From: Lepidodermella squamata
Lineage: Eukaryota; Animalia; Gastrotricha
Direction: 5' to 3'
Length of the DNA: 64,000 nt
Assembly: GCA_047495785.1 (NCBI GenBank)
Contig: JBLDXI010000010.1
Span: forward strand, 1,612,001 to 1,676,000
Shown: positions 1 through 12,700 of the stretch, one piece after another
Position numbering within the stretch: position 1 is the stretch's first letter
Layout of the letters: each line of letters begins with the position of its first letter
Program-made: the position numbers and the translations under genes
The notes under the pieces: generated by a model
Told to the model about the DNA's origin: nothing
Databases searched by the model: none
The model's input: the letters and a program-made list of their open reading frames with translations, nothing else

Positions 1-517
1 TAACGAAAGCCTGAGAGAAATTGCCAGCTTTCACGAGTTTCAGGCCGCGATCGAACAGCTTTTTGTCATCGCCCTCCTTGATGTTTTTGCCGTATTTTGC
101 CTGAGCAGCTTCGACATCTTCCGTATCCGGGCTTTGCGGGGAGATTTGAAGTAGAGCGTCAATCTTGTTTTCCCATTTCTTGCGTTGGTCGGCATGTTGC
201 CCGCCTCTAGTGAGAGCAATCCTGCATGCCGCGATAGACTTGCGCCAGTAGTTAAGCTGGAAGGCTGTTTCTTGGTAGCCAAGGATGATGTCGAGTTCTT
301 TCACCGGGCTGAGTTCACCGAGCTCTCGAACCGTGACGTTGTAAGCCTTCCAAGCTTTTACGAACAGGTCGAAGGCAACTGTCATGTTCTGCAGCTCTCG
401 TTGCTGCCGAACAGCCTCATCGTACAGCTCTTTCACAGATTCGCCCTCTGCTTGGATCGATACGAAGTAGAGACATGAAATTCCGAGCAGCAAGAGCAGC
501 CCAGGTTTCGGAGACAT
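1..517 (-). CDS. Secreted helical (TPR-like) protein, 5' part only; runs off the left edge of the window
   Basis: Not in the ORF track. ATG at 517 opens a stop-free frame to base 1: MSPKPGLLLLLGISCLYFVSIQAEGESVKELYDEAVRQQ...KKLFDRGLKLVKAGNFSQAFV. It has a signal peptide and TPR-like amphipathic helices. Confidence 0.6.
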   Translation of the reverse strand, partial: MSPKPGLLLLLGISCLYFVSIQAEGESVKELYDEAVRQQRELQNMTVAFDLFVKAWKAYNVTVRELGELSPVKELDIILGYQETAFQLNYWRKSIAACRIALTRGGQHADQRKKWENKIDALLQISPQSPDTEDVEAAQAKYGKNIKEGDDKKLFDRGLKLVKAGNFSQAFV

Positions 518-1556
518 GTTTGATGATAAGTGAAATGACAAGTGCTATTTGAAAATACCACTTGTTTTGCTGTGTATAAATTCGAAAAACATTTAGCTGA
601 CGTGGCCTCGACGTGGCCGCGGCTTTTTTCTCGATGCTTTCATTCATCCAGACCAAAGGTTACGAGCTACGAGTAAACACGAGTAATAAAATGCGTGGGG
701 TTCATCATTATCTGTATGACAATAGCTTAAAGCATAAAATAGTGGTTATCAACTGCTAGGGCAAGGTGACTACATAAAAACAATAGCCTGGCTTCAACAT
801 TAACCGGTAGAAAGTCAAAACAGCAGCTTTGCGTTTTAAACAAAAACGGGGTTTATCGGAGTTATATATCAAACAGTTCCTAATTTAACTGAATTGATTG
901 TGGTGATCTGTGGAAAGTGGAACTGTCGATTTTTTCTAAGCTCCAATCATAGAGAAAAAAATTACCCTTTTCTCTATGGCTCCAAGCTGTTGAAGAAGAA
1001 TTTAAATCAAGAACTATAAGAATTGAAACTCGAGTAACTCGCGAACCTTTGAACAAGTATGTACTTCTCAAAAAGTGTTTGGCAAACTTAAAGCGTTCAA
1101 GATCAATGGACTTCAGGCAATTTTATGACTAGGCTGATAGCCAGTGCCGTACCAGATAGGGTAATAGCTGATAGTAAAACCAGTCGTGAAATTGAAATGA
1201 AGGTAATAAAAATTAACACTTAACCTAATTACCATTAGTACAATGTGTATGATGCATGATGCATGCGATTTTCGCATAGAAACAACTTATTCGCTATGAA
1301 TGATTCTGTACGAAAAATTTTTATTTGCCAAAGTAACACCTGCAACTGAACGAAGACTGCCAACAGCGTAGTTCAGGCTTCAGGCATTCAATTTACGGCG
1401 TGATCTGAGCACATTTTGCCCAATGAAAAACATTTTTGTTTAATTCGCCTGTTTCCTATTCAAAAGAGGAAGCATTTTATTTGAAAATTTGTAACCTGGA
1501 TGGAGCTTTTACCATAACTATATCATTGTTAAAATACTCCATTAGCAGCTCGCATA

Positions 1557-2651
1557 ATGCTCGGAAGGGATCTGATGTCTATCTTACTGGTTGTTAGTTC
1601 AGGACCCAGTGTTTCAGCAAGCTATGCATTTTGCCAGAACTTGGCCTCGAACTGTGAATACTTGACGTCCAAATTTGCAAAACCAAGCCCTGATCCAGTG
1701 AACTTAACACTATCTCTTCAGCCATACGCCTTCCTGGGCATCGACGATATAGCTCAGACATTCTCTCTTCAAGCAACGATGGTATTCGAATGGCCGCTAC
1801 CAGACTGCGCAAAGTGGCAAGCAAACAAAAGTGAGAATCTGCCATCAGAATGTTGGTACTCAAAAGACTCGATATGGAAGCCAACTATCAATATCTGGAA
1901 TCAAGTTGGCAGTTCCTCGCAATTTTTCTCTGACTCGGGCAGTGAGGTTGTAGTTACTAGCGATGGACAAGCTCATTGGTCTGCGAAAGGCGCCATTGAA
2001 ACTTCTTGCACCTTGGATCACGCCAAATTCCCATTCGACACTCAATCATGCAACATACAAATATCTGGTTATCAAGGTTTCAATGTAGAAAAACCGTTCA
2101 TTTTCACTGATGGGACAAAGATTCCATTCATTGTCGGCTTCGCGAATGATGCAGACATTTGGGAGCTGAAAAGCTATGAAACTGCGGTCAATAACGGAAT
2201 GAACAGCGCTCTTTTCTCGTTCACGGTCAAGCGCAAGTCCAACTATTACTTCGGCCTGTTTTTCGTTCCAACTTACCTTTTGGCCGTTATGATGTTAGGG
2301 ACGCTAGCTTTACCAGCGGAAATGGCGGATCGCTCGTCTTTTTCCGTCACTGTTTTTCTAGGTTTCATCTTTTTCCAGGGTGTTTTCTACTCGTCGATAC
2401 CGAAAACTTCGACGAGGCTTTACATGGAGGTCTATCTCAGCTGCTATTATGGAGCGTCAGTTATCATAGCGCTCTGGTGCTTAATCTCTTGCCGTCTGGT
2501 AACAGAGACCGCTTACTTTGCTAGGAAAGTCAAACTATGCAGGATGTCTGCCGTCAAAGTTATCGATATCGTGGATTTTGCGATATTTGTGCTCGTCTTG
2601 TTGTTCATCGCCGGGGTCAATGTTGTTTACTTCGCATCTATTGTGACTTAA
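1557..2651 (+). CDS. Divergent Cys-loop ligand-gated ion channel subunit, intronless (outlier 1)
   Basis: Signal peptide, IWKP motif, Cys-loop CTLDHAKFPFDTQSC, pre-M1 KRK, four TM helices, M2-M3 PKTS, short M3-M4 loop. Confidence 0.93.
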   Translation: MLGRDLMSILLVVSSGPSVSASYAFCQNLASNCEYLTSKFAKPSPDPVNLTLSLQPYAFLGIDDIAQTFSLQATMVFEWPLPDCAKWQANKSENLPSECWYSKDSIWKPTINIWNQVGSSSQFFSDSGSEVVVTSDGQAHWSAKGAIETSCTLDHAKFPFDTQSCNIQISGYQGFNVEKPFIFTDGTKIPFIVGFANDADIWELKSYETAVNNGMNSALFSFTVKRKSNYYFGLFFVPTYLLAVMMLGTLALPAEMADRSSFSVTVFLGFIFFQGVFYSSIPKTSTRLYMEVYLSCYYGASVIIALWCLISCRLVTETAYFARKVKLCRMSAVKVIDIVDFAIFVLVLLFIAGVNVVYFASIVT

Positions 2652-3295
2652 GTGCACAGTAAGTGTTCAGAGTGCTCCCCAATTTTCTTAATGTGCTTAC
2701 GGGCAAAAACATATGAATACGCCTGTTGGGGACGTCACAATCTTCACTTTTCCGTCCGATTTCGTAGTTCAAGCAGCCTGATTTCATTATAATAATTTCA
2801 GAAAATAAAATACGGCAATATTAGCAGTCAAAATAAAAGTTCAATTATTTTACAGCCCATAAAGAAGTAGAATAGAAAAAGTTGACTTTCTATCGAAGAG
2901 ACTTTTATTATCATGACTTGGTAAGCAAAACTACCGATAGGACTTTTTGACGACACTTCGGATACTTCCCGTCTATACGAAAAATTAGGTATTAGGGAAT
3001 TGGGCCATTAATTAGGAATTAAGAAGCATGATTATATAGATTTCACAACAAAAACTGATTCGAGGCATAGAGCATAGAGAAGTCCAAGAACCTTTACTTT
3101 GCAAGCTCCACAAATCTGTGCGATGGGCTGGGAAGTTCTAAGTTTCAGTTTAGAATACCCATTCCACTCTATTCTCTACGATTTTAGAGGACACAAGCGT
3201 TGATGTGCTGCAAAGAAACATTTTATTTTCACTTTCGTAGTTTAGAAAGAAGAATCTAAATAAGATTTGGTCACAAAAATCGTCGTTTCCATAAA

Positions 3296-4141
3296 TTACG
3301 CTGCGCAGAATTCCATCCCTGGCGTGTTGAAGCTGGAAGTTGTTACAGTTTGCGTTGATGAAACTTGCAACTGTTTTCCGGCAATCCCAATGCAGCAGGC
3401 TGTGTAGGACGAATACTGTGCGAACTCAAAGCTAAGCATTTTCGTGTAATTTTTCTATGCGGAAGGTAACTTACGCTATTTGGGGAAGCGGATATGGATG
3501 CAGCGTTGTTGAAACAGGTTTCTGGGAAACGAGGGCAGTACTTTTGAGTAGCAGTGGAACCACTGTAACCATCGTTATTTGCAGCGACCAGACACGACCG
3601 AAATAGAGTTCCACTTGGGAAACAAACTGCAGCTGGTCGACCACCAGAAAGGATGGTATCATAAACGGGTGTTCCCGTGAAAGACGCACAGCAAGTCGAG
3701 AAATCAATGTACGTAGCAATAGCCTATTTTATAATATCTTGAAAGAAGAACTAGTTGGATTATTGCAATATTGACGTACAGAAGACCCAAATGGGCAGTT
3801 GGTAGACCCTGTGAAGCCTGGTACGATGCAGAACTTGAGGTTTGTCGTGGCCGGAGACAAATTTGTCGAGGAAATCTGGCACTGTGTCACTTGAGTCTGA
3901 AAAAATCAGGAAATGTATGAATTATCGCAAGATAGACTTTTCTCACCGCACAACCAGATCCTGTCGGGCAAGGATTAGCTGTATTCTGGCAACTATTGCC
4001 TGTAGTACAAGCTGGAGAGCTAGACAAGCAGCTTTGCCCCGAAGGGCAGGAGACAGTTGGAGTTGTAGTTGATACCGTGCATGCTGCCCCGAAATCGAAA
4101 TGGGAAAAAGCAGCGAGCAACAAGGCAATGTAAGACTTCAT
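3296..4141 (-). CDS. Secreted Cys/Ser/Thr-rich protein of unknown family, 4 exons
   Basis: Signal peptide MKSYIALLLAAF. Three ~50 bp GT-AG introns join into one frame ending ...PGMEFCAA* at 3296. Contains two CC-bearing internal units. Confidence 0.7.
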
Positions 4142-5175
4142 TTTAATTTCAGTGGAATTAGCAGCGGAGGCGTTAAAAGGCTTGAAATTGAAATGATTTA
4201 CCCCTTGTTATCTCATGTTCAGTGGCCATGCGTGATGTGAGTAATTAAAAACCTCATTCTTTGCTTCAACCCACGTTTTTCTCGATGTTTTTACTCTTTA
4301 CATATTTCGGCACGATAGTTGATAGCTATATTTGCTTCTTTCAACGGCGTTTGACGTAGAAACGTGATTGACCTTTGTGACGTTCAAACAAATTTAATAG
4401 GAGATTTCAGGCTCAGGAATTTACACAGGAATTTACGGGATGGGTGATTGATATTAAGCGTTAAATGACCTTCAGCCTTAAAACTGGGAGATATTATTAT
4501 TTTGGATTCCTGAGACATTTCTTTCTCATTATTTTATTCACTGCCATAGAAATTGTGCTTGTCAATCAAATCTCTAATGTCTAATGGATATGCTCATTCG
4601 AAAATTATCTACCTAACAAATAACAAATCCTGTGTTTAATACACGACAGCAACTTCATGAGAAGTTAACTTGGCGCCGTTCTTATGATTCATCGATAAGC
4701 CTTTAACAGCCTTTCCAACCCTGGATAAGTGCAGCGGCGTGCGGATGCCGAAAGCTTGGAAATATCAAGTGGTCGCTGTGGCCGTAAGCTCGGATCTAAT
4801 CTTGGGCTTCACCTTGGGCTTTACACGTTCCCGTCTTACTGTTCTTTTTCTTGTTTGCGGTTCCTGGGAAACCCTTAACCTTAATATCACGAAAGATCCA
4901 ATTAAACAATGTCTCGTGAATTATTTTCACAACAGCGTAAAGCAAGACATGATATTATGACAAAATCAATGTAAAAGACATTTGATACTTTATTAACTGA
5001 AAAAAATCAATTTCTTTTTAGCTCAGCCATACCAGTAACTTCGAAATATAAAATTTTCCGTATGAGCATTGCCTTTTGCACTTTAAATTGACAAGTTTCA
5101 GCAGCGTATCTTAATTTGAAAGGTTTCAGAAGATTATTGTCAAGTTTCTTTCCTTTACTGCAAGGTCGTCTTATT

Positions 5176-5721
5176 TCAGCTTTTCAATTCGGCATTGAAA
5201 GCAATCACGACGGATAAGGCAGCAAAAATGCCGATCATTGTTAAGCTAGGCGACTTGAAACTTGCCGAGGCTTTCGCACAGCAACTGTTCGACGCGCAGT
5301 ACTCGCCTGTTGAACACGAATCCGAAAGTATGCACCTCCTAGTGCACGGCGCTTGGGTTGTCGTAGTAGCTGGTGGATTCACGCGAACTGTATAGCACCT
5401 TCCAGCCCCGCCGTATACTTCTGTCGAAGCGCAGTCGCATTGGTAGTTGCGGCACAGCAAATCGCCTCGGCAGTTGAGTGAAGACGCGCAAATCGCCCCC
5501 CGCTGGGCGCACAATAAACAGTTTGAAAGGCTATAAGTCGCGTAGCATGTGGCGTCTGCTGCTATGTAATATGGGTATGTGTTCGGACAAGCGCAATATC
5601 CATCCAAACATTCGAGGACCCCGTCGCAGCTGAGACTCGACACGCAGGTCTGGCCATACTGCAGGAGAAGGGCGGAAATTGAAGTTAGAAAGCTTGCAAA
5701 GAAAAGGGAGCGAAAAATCAT
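5176..5721 (-). CDS. Cys-rich EB-module-like surface protein with C-terminal hydrophobic (GPI/TM) tail
   Basis: Signal peptide, two C-x5-C-x5-C-x4-CxC units, Thr-rich linker, small CC domain, hydrophobic C-terminus. Confidence 0.8.
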   Translation of the reverse strand: MIFRSLFFASFLTSISALLLQYGQTCVSSLSCDGVLECLDGYCACPNTYPYYIAADATCYATYSLSNCLLCAQRGAICASSLNCRGDLLCRNYQCDCASTEVYGGAGRCYTVRVNPPATTTTQAPCTRRCILSDSCSTGEYCASNSCCAKASASFKSPSLTMIGIFAALSVVIAFNAELKS

Positions 5722-6744
5722 TTTCCTTCAACAATAAAAAAACTTGAAATGACATTTGTAACGCAGATGGAACCAATTTATAGGCGACTTCCTATTTTTT
5801 GCCTGAAATGAGCAATAAATGACAGTTAACGTTCAAACCGATGAGCCATTCTAATCCTAAGCATACCATCATTTAGACACCTTCAGGGGATCAAAGAGTT
5901 TGCCATTGTTACATTGTAACCATTTAATAGCGCGAAATTGCTCTAGCATACGTATGATCGCTGTTTTTATTTTTCGGCTAGGCTGCTTATGAGTCCTTGT
6001 CGAAAATGCTCGTCGACAACTCAAACTTCGGTCGCCAGGATTCCGACATTTTGCTCTTAAATTAGCAACAGCATCAAGAAGTTGTTTAGTTGGTTTCAAT
6101 CGCTGGATTTCTTGCCAAAACCATTAAGATTATGGCGGCGCTTTAAGAGGATTTTCTAAATACGATTCCCTTATTACTCATGGATGACTGAGAGAAATTA
6201 AAGAAGTTAAGGGAAAATATCGTCACGATTTTAGTGTTTGATTTAATGCTCACCGCTGAAAACATCCGCTATTTCCGAGCCAAACATACAGGCATTCTTT
6301 TGTAATTGTGTTTCTCAACTGAAATAGAAAAGAAGTACTGAATACAACGGTTACAAATGTCGAAAAACGATCGCTAGTGGGCCTTCCTTGAGATTTAACG
6401 CTGTATTCTTTATTTTGAGAGACATTTCACTCAATCTTTGCGAATTGCGAATTAAAACATGTTAGTGAATTAGATCTTAGCGGTCAATCTCTTCAAGTGC
6501 ACCAGCGGAATCATTTGGATTTGCACTATTTTAGGGTGGGTAAAGCATTCTGCCTATATGACTACTATGAGCTGAGTTACCATTTAGCCCTATAGGTTCG
6601 TCAATCCACAAAATAATTAATACACTTTTATTGGAAATTCAGTTAGGATACTTGTTCGCGACTGCATTTTCTCCATATAATGGATGCACTATTGTTATCG
6701 GCTGCAGAGCAAAAGTCAGCTTTCTGGACAGGCGACGTTCAGCT

Positions 6745-7254
6745 TTACAGTTTATCCGAGGCGAGAATGAGAGCAGTTGCAGCGGCAAGAAATAGGTGAT
6801 GAAGCTTTGCGAAGATTGAAACTGCACCGCTCACGCAGCACTGTCCAGGAGCGCAGTACTGTCCAGCAGAAGGGCATTGTGCCGAAGAAGTACACGGATT
6901 TTCGCATCGCAGGCTGTACGGATCGTTGGAGAAGCACCGGCCTTTTCCGCCGTAGCTGTAATTCACAGCGCAACCGCAGCGCGAGGCATAGCATGAGAGT
7001 TCGCCGCGACATTGATAACTGGCTCGGCATGTTGCACCGTATTCAGCACAGCCGTTACAGCTTTCTTCTAACATTTCAATGCAGTAAATACCCGATCTGT
7101 ATGGCGCTCCTTCTGAGCAGCCGCAGTAGCCATATGAGCAGACCAAGTTGCCACTGCAGTCTGCCTTTTCCTTACACTTAGCATCAATGTTGCCATCCCC
7201 AGCCTGTACAGCTGCCGCAAAACAAGCAAGAAAAATCGAAATTTTAACAAACAT
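6745..7254 (-). CDS. Paralogous EB-module-like surface protein with C-terminal hydrophobic (GPI/TM) tail
   Basis: Same Cys skeleton as 5176-5721 (CRGELSC vs CRGDLLC, YGGKGRC vs YGGAGRC), signal peptide, hydrophobic tail. Confidence 0.8.
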   Translation of the reverse strand: MFVKISIFLACFAAAVQAGDGNIDAKCKEKADCSGNLVCSYGYCGCSEGAPYRSGIYCIEMLEESCNGCAEYGATCRASYQCRGELSCYASRCGCAVNYSYGGKGRCFSNDPYSLRCENPCTSSAQCPSAGQYCAPGQCCVSGAVSIFAKLHHLFLAAATALILASDKL

Positions 7255-7599
7255 GCTGTTGAAAAATGTCCAACTGGGGAGAAATCCTTCGACTTAAATA
7301 TCCGATTTTTGCATGATTAGATTTCAAAACCTAATCCGCTTGAAAATTCGTCAAACAGCGTTGTTCAGGCATTTTCAATCATCGACATATACAGCTTACT
7401 GACTCAAATTCACTCTCGTTGACAAAAACCCAAGTTTCAAATAATGTTTTATTCCTTTGTAAGGGATTAATCCTGTAATCCGATTATACGCAGCTAAGAT
7501 TCATATGACTCAAATTCAAGTTGTAACTTGCAGGGTGCTTGAGTTGCCGCATATAATGGCGCGCTTTTTGCAGAATTTGAATATTTTTCCGTATCTGAA

Positions 7600-7938
7600 A
7601 TGTATTTTATCCTTATTGCTATCTTCATTTTTGGAGCCGCTGAGTGCTGCCAACCAGCGAATTCTCGCGATTACTACCAGTCATGCAGCTCCACAAGCGC
7701 ATGTGTCGGTGTCCTGGAGTGCAAAAATGGCTATTGCGAGTGTGCCGATGATTATCCGTACTTTGACTATGCGTTACGGCAGTGTAACTCTTCAAGCACC
7801 TATTGCAAGGGATGTGCACAGGTCAAGGCGTACTGCACAGCATCGGGCCAATGCGGGGGCAGCTTGTCGTGCCTCAACAAAACATGCTCGTGTTCGAAGA
7901 CGAAGCCAAATTATGCTGGAAAGGGCCAGTGCATGTAA
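7600..7938 (+). CDS. Short secreted EB-module-like paralog without membrane anchor
   Basis: Signal peptide, CVGVLECKNGYCEC...YPY, ends YAGKGQCM*. Divergently oriented to 6745-7254. Confidence 0.78.
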   Translation: MYFILIAIFIFGAAECCQPANSRDYYQSCSSTSACVGVLECKNGYCECADDYPYFDYALRQCNSSSTYCKGCAQVKAYCTASGQCGGSLSCLNKTCSCSKTKPNYAGKGQCM

Positions 7939-8381
7939 AAAACAACTGGGAATCTCGAACGATATCAGCATTATATTTCAGAACTGTCGCAATGATAATA
8001 TGAAATGCCTTAACTTTCAAAATTTCGAGCAACCGTTTAAACATTAAGCTTTGAAATTATGCATAAACGTCAAATGAAAGAGCAGATTCTTGTTTTTATT
8101 TAGCGTGGTGAATGCTATTGGCTATAGCCTGAGAAACTGAAAAATCACCTACAAATTACAACTTTGCTCATTATTATCCTCCCTATTTTTAGCTTTCCAA
8201 TGAATTTGAAATCATCAAATCCTTCTCATTGTTGTAGCGAAATTTTAGCGAATTTTCCCCATTCGTCTATTCGTCATAGGTCCCATTGTTTTAGGACTCA
8301 GTAGCCAATTTATACACCGGTTTGCAACTAGACTTACGGCATCTAGAAAATAAGAAACTTCGTTATCAGTAAGTGCACTTT

Positions 8382-9736
8382 TTATTCTTGAAAATCCATA
8401 ACACGAGAAAGAATGTTTTCGATGTTACCGCTGGTAACAATGATAGCCATTATGTAAGCGTCGAGACCACTGAGTAACGAGACGACAGTGCAAACGACGA
8501 AGCAATCGAGAATACGCACGTTTGTCATGGTGATGCTACAGACCAAATTCCATTTTCTACCGCCCCATTTTGATAACGCCAACAAGCTGGCAATGAAGCA
8601 ATAAACTGTCAGAAAAACACAAGCGGCGAGTTGAATTTGAATCAGGGCTAACATGTAGACGACTTGGTTTGTTCTCGGCAACTCTGGTAGGATTAGATTA
8701 AATTCAAAAGTGAACGTAAGGACTAAAATAAGGCTGAGGATTATCCTTTCCTTATTTTTCGGGCTGATCAGGAAAACTGAAACGTGCAAAATCAACAGAA
8801 CATAAATTGGAGACATCGAATAGGCGAGAAAGTAAAAAGGATTCCTCTTAAACGCCATGTTAAGTTGAATGCGGTCGTAGTTGTTGATTTTGCTGCGGTT
8901 GTAAGTGAATTCGTCCTTAAGGCATTCCCAATCATCTCCATCAGAGATGATCGACTCGAATTTAACATTAAACTTGACATTACTGATAATTGCGTAAATG
9001 TCCCAATCTTTTGTTGATAGCTGAATGCTGCAGTTGAGACGATCGAAAGGAAAGTGGGCGAGATTGAATCCATTTTCGCATTTCGTATCGATCACCCTTG
9101 ATCCTCGAATGTAGCCATAAACTGGCTCAGCATCTGCTCGGAAAGTCACATCGGTTGAATCTCGTTTGATTGGCAATAAGTTCATTTCATTGACTGAATT
9201 GAGGTGTTCAATAATTGGAATCCACGTCTTCTGCGAGTCTCGAGTTACCCATATTGCATAGCCTTTCCCACCTGCAGGGCCTAAGAACTCATCCCGATCC
9301 ATTGGCTTACATTTCGAGGCAGGTAATCGCCAGTAGACGAAAATCACAGCTAGTACTGAGACACTTCAAATAGAGAAATTTAAAGAAAAATCTTTAACGT
9401 TTCAGTTGCGAACCTTCTTTCGTCGTCGTTAATTCTGACTATGCGCTGTAGGTTGACTGTAATATCAATAATGATTGGCAGGTCATCGTGGCTTCGCTGA
9501 TTGATCAAATAATTGTCGATATTTCGCTCCTTAGCGATGGGGCAAGCAACATTGAAAAAGTACGCCGTAAAATCGATGATAGTTGCGTTGTTGAATACTT
9601 TTTTAAGCGGAGTTGTAACGGTGGGAGGTGGGGCAGGCTCAGTCAGAGGAAAATCAACTTCGAAGTCTTCCGCACTCACACGCAGCAAGGTGAAAAGCAG
9701 TAAAGAGAATATAGAAGAGAACATGTCTGAGGACAT
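8382..9736 (-). CDS. Divergent Cys-loop channel subunit, 2 exons (outlier related to subfamily B)
   Basis: Intron 9413-9364 (GT..AG) joins DDER-S-VSVLAVIFVYW. Cys-loop CENGFNLAHFPFDRLNC, four TMs, PRTN. Start could be 9736 or 9724. Confidence 0.88.
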
Positions 9737-10241
9737 TGATTTTTTCAATTCAAAGATAGCATAATATCATCGATGTATCATAGAATAAATAATTATGATG
9801 ATTGATATGCTTGGCTGGTAGAGCCGAGGCGGCAGTGCAGAAACAATTGCCATCTCGCTCCCATGAGTGGGATCGGAAAATGATTGCACGCAAGGCAAAG
9901 ATAACATGCCCTTAATTTTTTATGATTTTTTATTATTTCTGAGATTAAAAAAGGAACCAAAATACAGATTGCACAATTGTTTTATATTTTTTGTCTACAT
10001 CAGGAGCAAAAACATGTATCGTGTTCATCTGCAGAAGGGCAATGAGTAATTTGCGCTCAGATGAGGACATTTGATAAGAGGAAGTTTGTAGACAGGCGAG
10101 CATTTGAAGTATTCACCGATTTTGTTGGAATCATCCTTGCAAATCAATTCGAAAGTAGTCTTGCCTTTAACCAAGCCAGCTAAATCATCCATCTTAGCTA
10201 TGAAAACATCCGGTACTAGAAGAGAACAGAAATTTATCTTA

Positions 10242-12279
10242 TTAATCGATTTGAAAATGATTACCTTCATTCTTTGAGCATCCGTTAAACATGAAGCGTT
10301 TCTTATCAAAGTTAATCGCTGTTTTTATACCCTCAGGAGTGAGTAAGAGTTGCGTCTTCGGCGGTTCTTGAATGCTGAGGAAAAACAGCGTATCAGCGTG
10401 TAAATTCAAGTCAAATACAGATTTCAAACAATCCATCCTCGAGGTAGATTCGATAACTGTCAAGCGTTTGACACCAATCACAGATTCGAAATTAGAAGGA
10501 GCCGCACAGTAAATTCTTCGGGCAAAGTACGGTCGATACAGTTTATCCAGCTTCAACAAAGTCTCCGGACCGTTATTCCCGAGCCAAACGATGAAAACTG
10601 CTTTGGAACCACTGTATAGGTGCTGAATGACTGAATTTTCGATCTCAGAGCAATTTTCGTCCTTTTTCGGCACGACCAAATGGGAATTCGATACCGCCTT
10701 GTTGAGCTCAGCTCTAGCAGGTAGAGGAATATATTGTTCGATCGGGTAGAACTGAAGTTTCTTCATCTCGTTATTCGAACAGTCCTCTACTTTGATGTTA
10801 GTCAACGTCGAGAATTTATAGCCGATTCTTTGCAAATCGGATATCCAGGCTTTTGCAGACAAAACGTCAAAATCTGTCATGATCAGTTTCTTCTTCGATA
10901 AATCTTCGTAAAGTTTGATAAAACATTGACCGATATCGCTCTTGTCGCATTTCCATTTCGAAAGAAACTCAATGAGATGACCGGACTGTTGATAGAGATT
11001 CAACTCATCGACAAAGTCTTTCAGATAATCGTGGGGATTCCTTGCTTGAAAAGCATTAGGTGCAACGTAGCCTTTCCGCATTCCAGCTAGCCAGACGAGG
11101 GCTTGCCCCAAATAAGCCCGCCAGATATCCGTTTCCCTCATGGCCTATTGTTAAATTGATAGAACAGAGCCTTTAAAGCTAAATTCACTTACTATTTCGC
11201 TCGAGAATGGAAACATCAGGACAGGAAATGTCTCGTAATGGAATAGAGTATTTTGAGAGTTGCTTTGAACGTAAAATCTCTCCGGAATCACGATTGGAGG
11301 GGCATTGTCGAAAGTCAGATTGATGAGCGAGGAGAAGTGTTTCCGAGTCAGCCGAAATATTGCGTCCATGTCAGGATCGCCATTCACAACTCCTTGGACC
11401 CATTTTGGAGCAGTTGTATTGCACAATTTGTATCGCCGAGGTGGCAAGCGGGCAATCTCAGTCAATGGGTAGCCCCTAGGCCACAGAGTTGAGTGGCCGA
11501 AATGAGGCAGAGTATTGATCACTGGCAGAGAGTAGTTGTAGTGATCGATATCCGGCACAAGTGCTCGGATGCGAGAGTTGGCTCCACTTAGAGATAGATC
11601 GAGCATTGATTTTAAGTCATCAGTAGGATGGTTGTCGTCATCTAGAGCAAGAAAAATCGATAATTCGGGATTCGTGGTTAAAAACTTTCTCACCAGTGTC
11701 GTAAATAATTTTGGCACCATGTTGTATCGCGAATAGGTATCCGATGTTTTTGATGGAATAAGTTTTCCATCGTTGATAATCTAGCAGATTATACCCTAGT
11801 GTTTTTGCCTCATCGTAGCTCAGGAAGCGAACCCCTTCTGGGGCTGGCCAATTCTTCGGGGTTTTCATATCGCCAACAACTAACAGACGCCAACCTTGTT
11901 TGGACAACTGACCCAGTAACTTCACGTCATCCGTTGGAAGCTAGGAAAAGGAGCAATTTCAGATTCTTTTGGCTGTAGCTCGATGGAAGAAACTTACGCT
12001 GATTGACGTCACAATAATCCATTTTTCCGATAATTTTTCATTCGGTAGCGGTTTCAGAGGGGTAGTTCGCAAGACCATTGGCATAGCTTTTTCCTTATTC
12101 AAGGTTTCACTAGCTTGCTGAAGCTTGTTGTAGCACAGCATTGTTGAATCCCAGCAAACATTCAGCAATACCAGGCCGAGGCCTAGTATGATGGCAGCCG
12201 CTATCACAGATCTGCTTTTCGTGCACACATTGCCCATAGATAATCCGTTCCCTTCCACAATCTCATATGGAGGCGCCAT
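10242..12279 (-). CDS. STELLO-like (DUF288, GT75-related) Golgi glycosyltransferase, 4 exons
   Basis: Type II TM anchor. Motifs KWIIVTSI, VVGDMKTP, KNIGYLFAIQHGA..YDTDDDN, WPRGYPL, DPDMDAIFRLT, NSQNTLF, DIWRAY, RNPHDYLKDF. Confidence 0.88.
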
Positions 12280-12700
12280 CTCAGCAAGTTGGAGATTTCA
12301 ACCTAGCAGTAGCTTATAAAAAAACAAACGCACAGGTGCAAAACAAAAATCGAAAAATGAAAGCCCAGCCATTAGCAAATGGGTACATTAAGGTGCGCAA
12401 TGGATCAATGAAGTCAAAATAAACATAATTCATAACGCAAGGTATTCAGTAGTAAATTATCAAAGAATTTATTGGGCATATCATAAATAGGATCAGTTCT
12501 TTGAATATTTGCAGCAAAATCTGACCGGTGCTTATCCTGCGAAAGTTATAGCATGCTTGCAATAGATCGATATATTAGCATTATGAAGCTATCGGAATAC
12601 ATGACCGACGGGTCACTTGTGAAATTTGCGCAACACATAAATCGAATGAAGAAAAGCAAAATACTGTTTTTTGATATTTATCGTGCAGTCTAACAACAAA

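Noticed and set aside
185-656. ORF-track entries 185-478, 40-282 and 417-656
   Set aside because: Shadow frames of the real minus-strand ORF starting at 517.
7505-8047. 180-aa plus-strand ORF
   Set aside because: Alternative frame over the Cys-rich gene 7600-7938, with no recognisable features.
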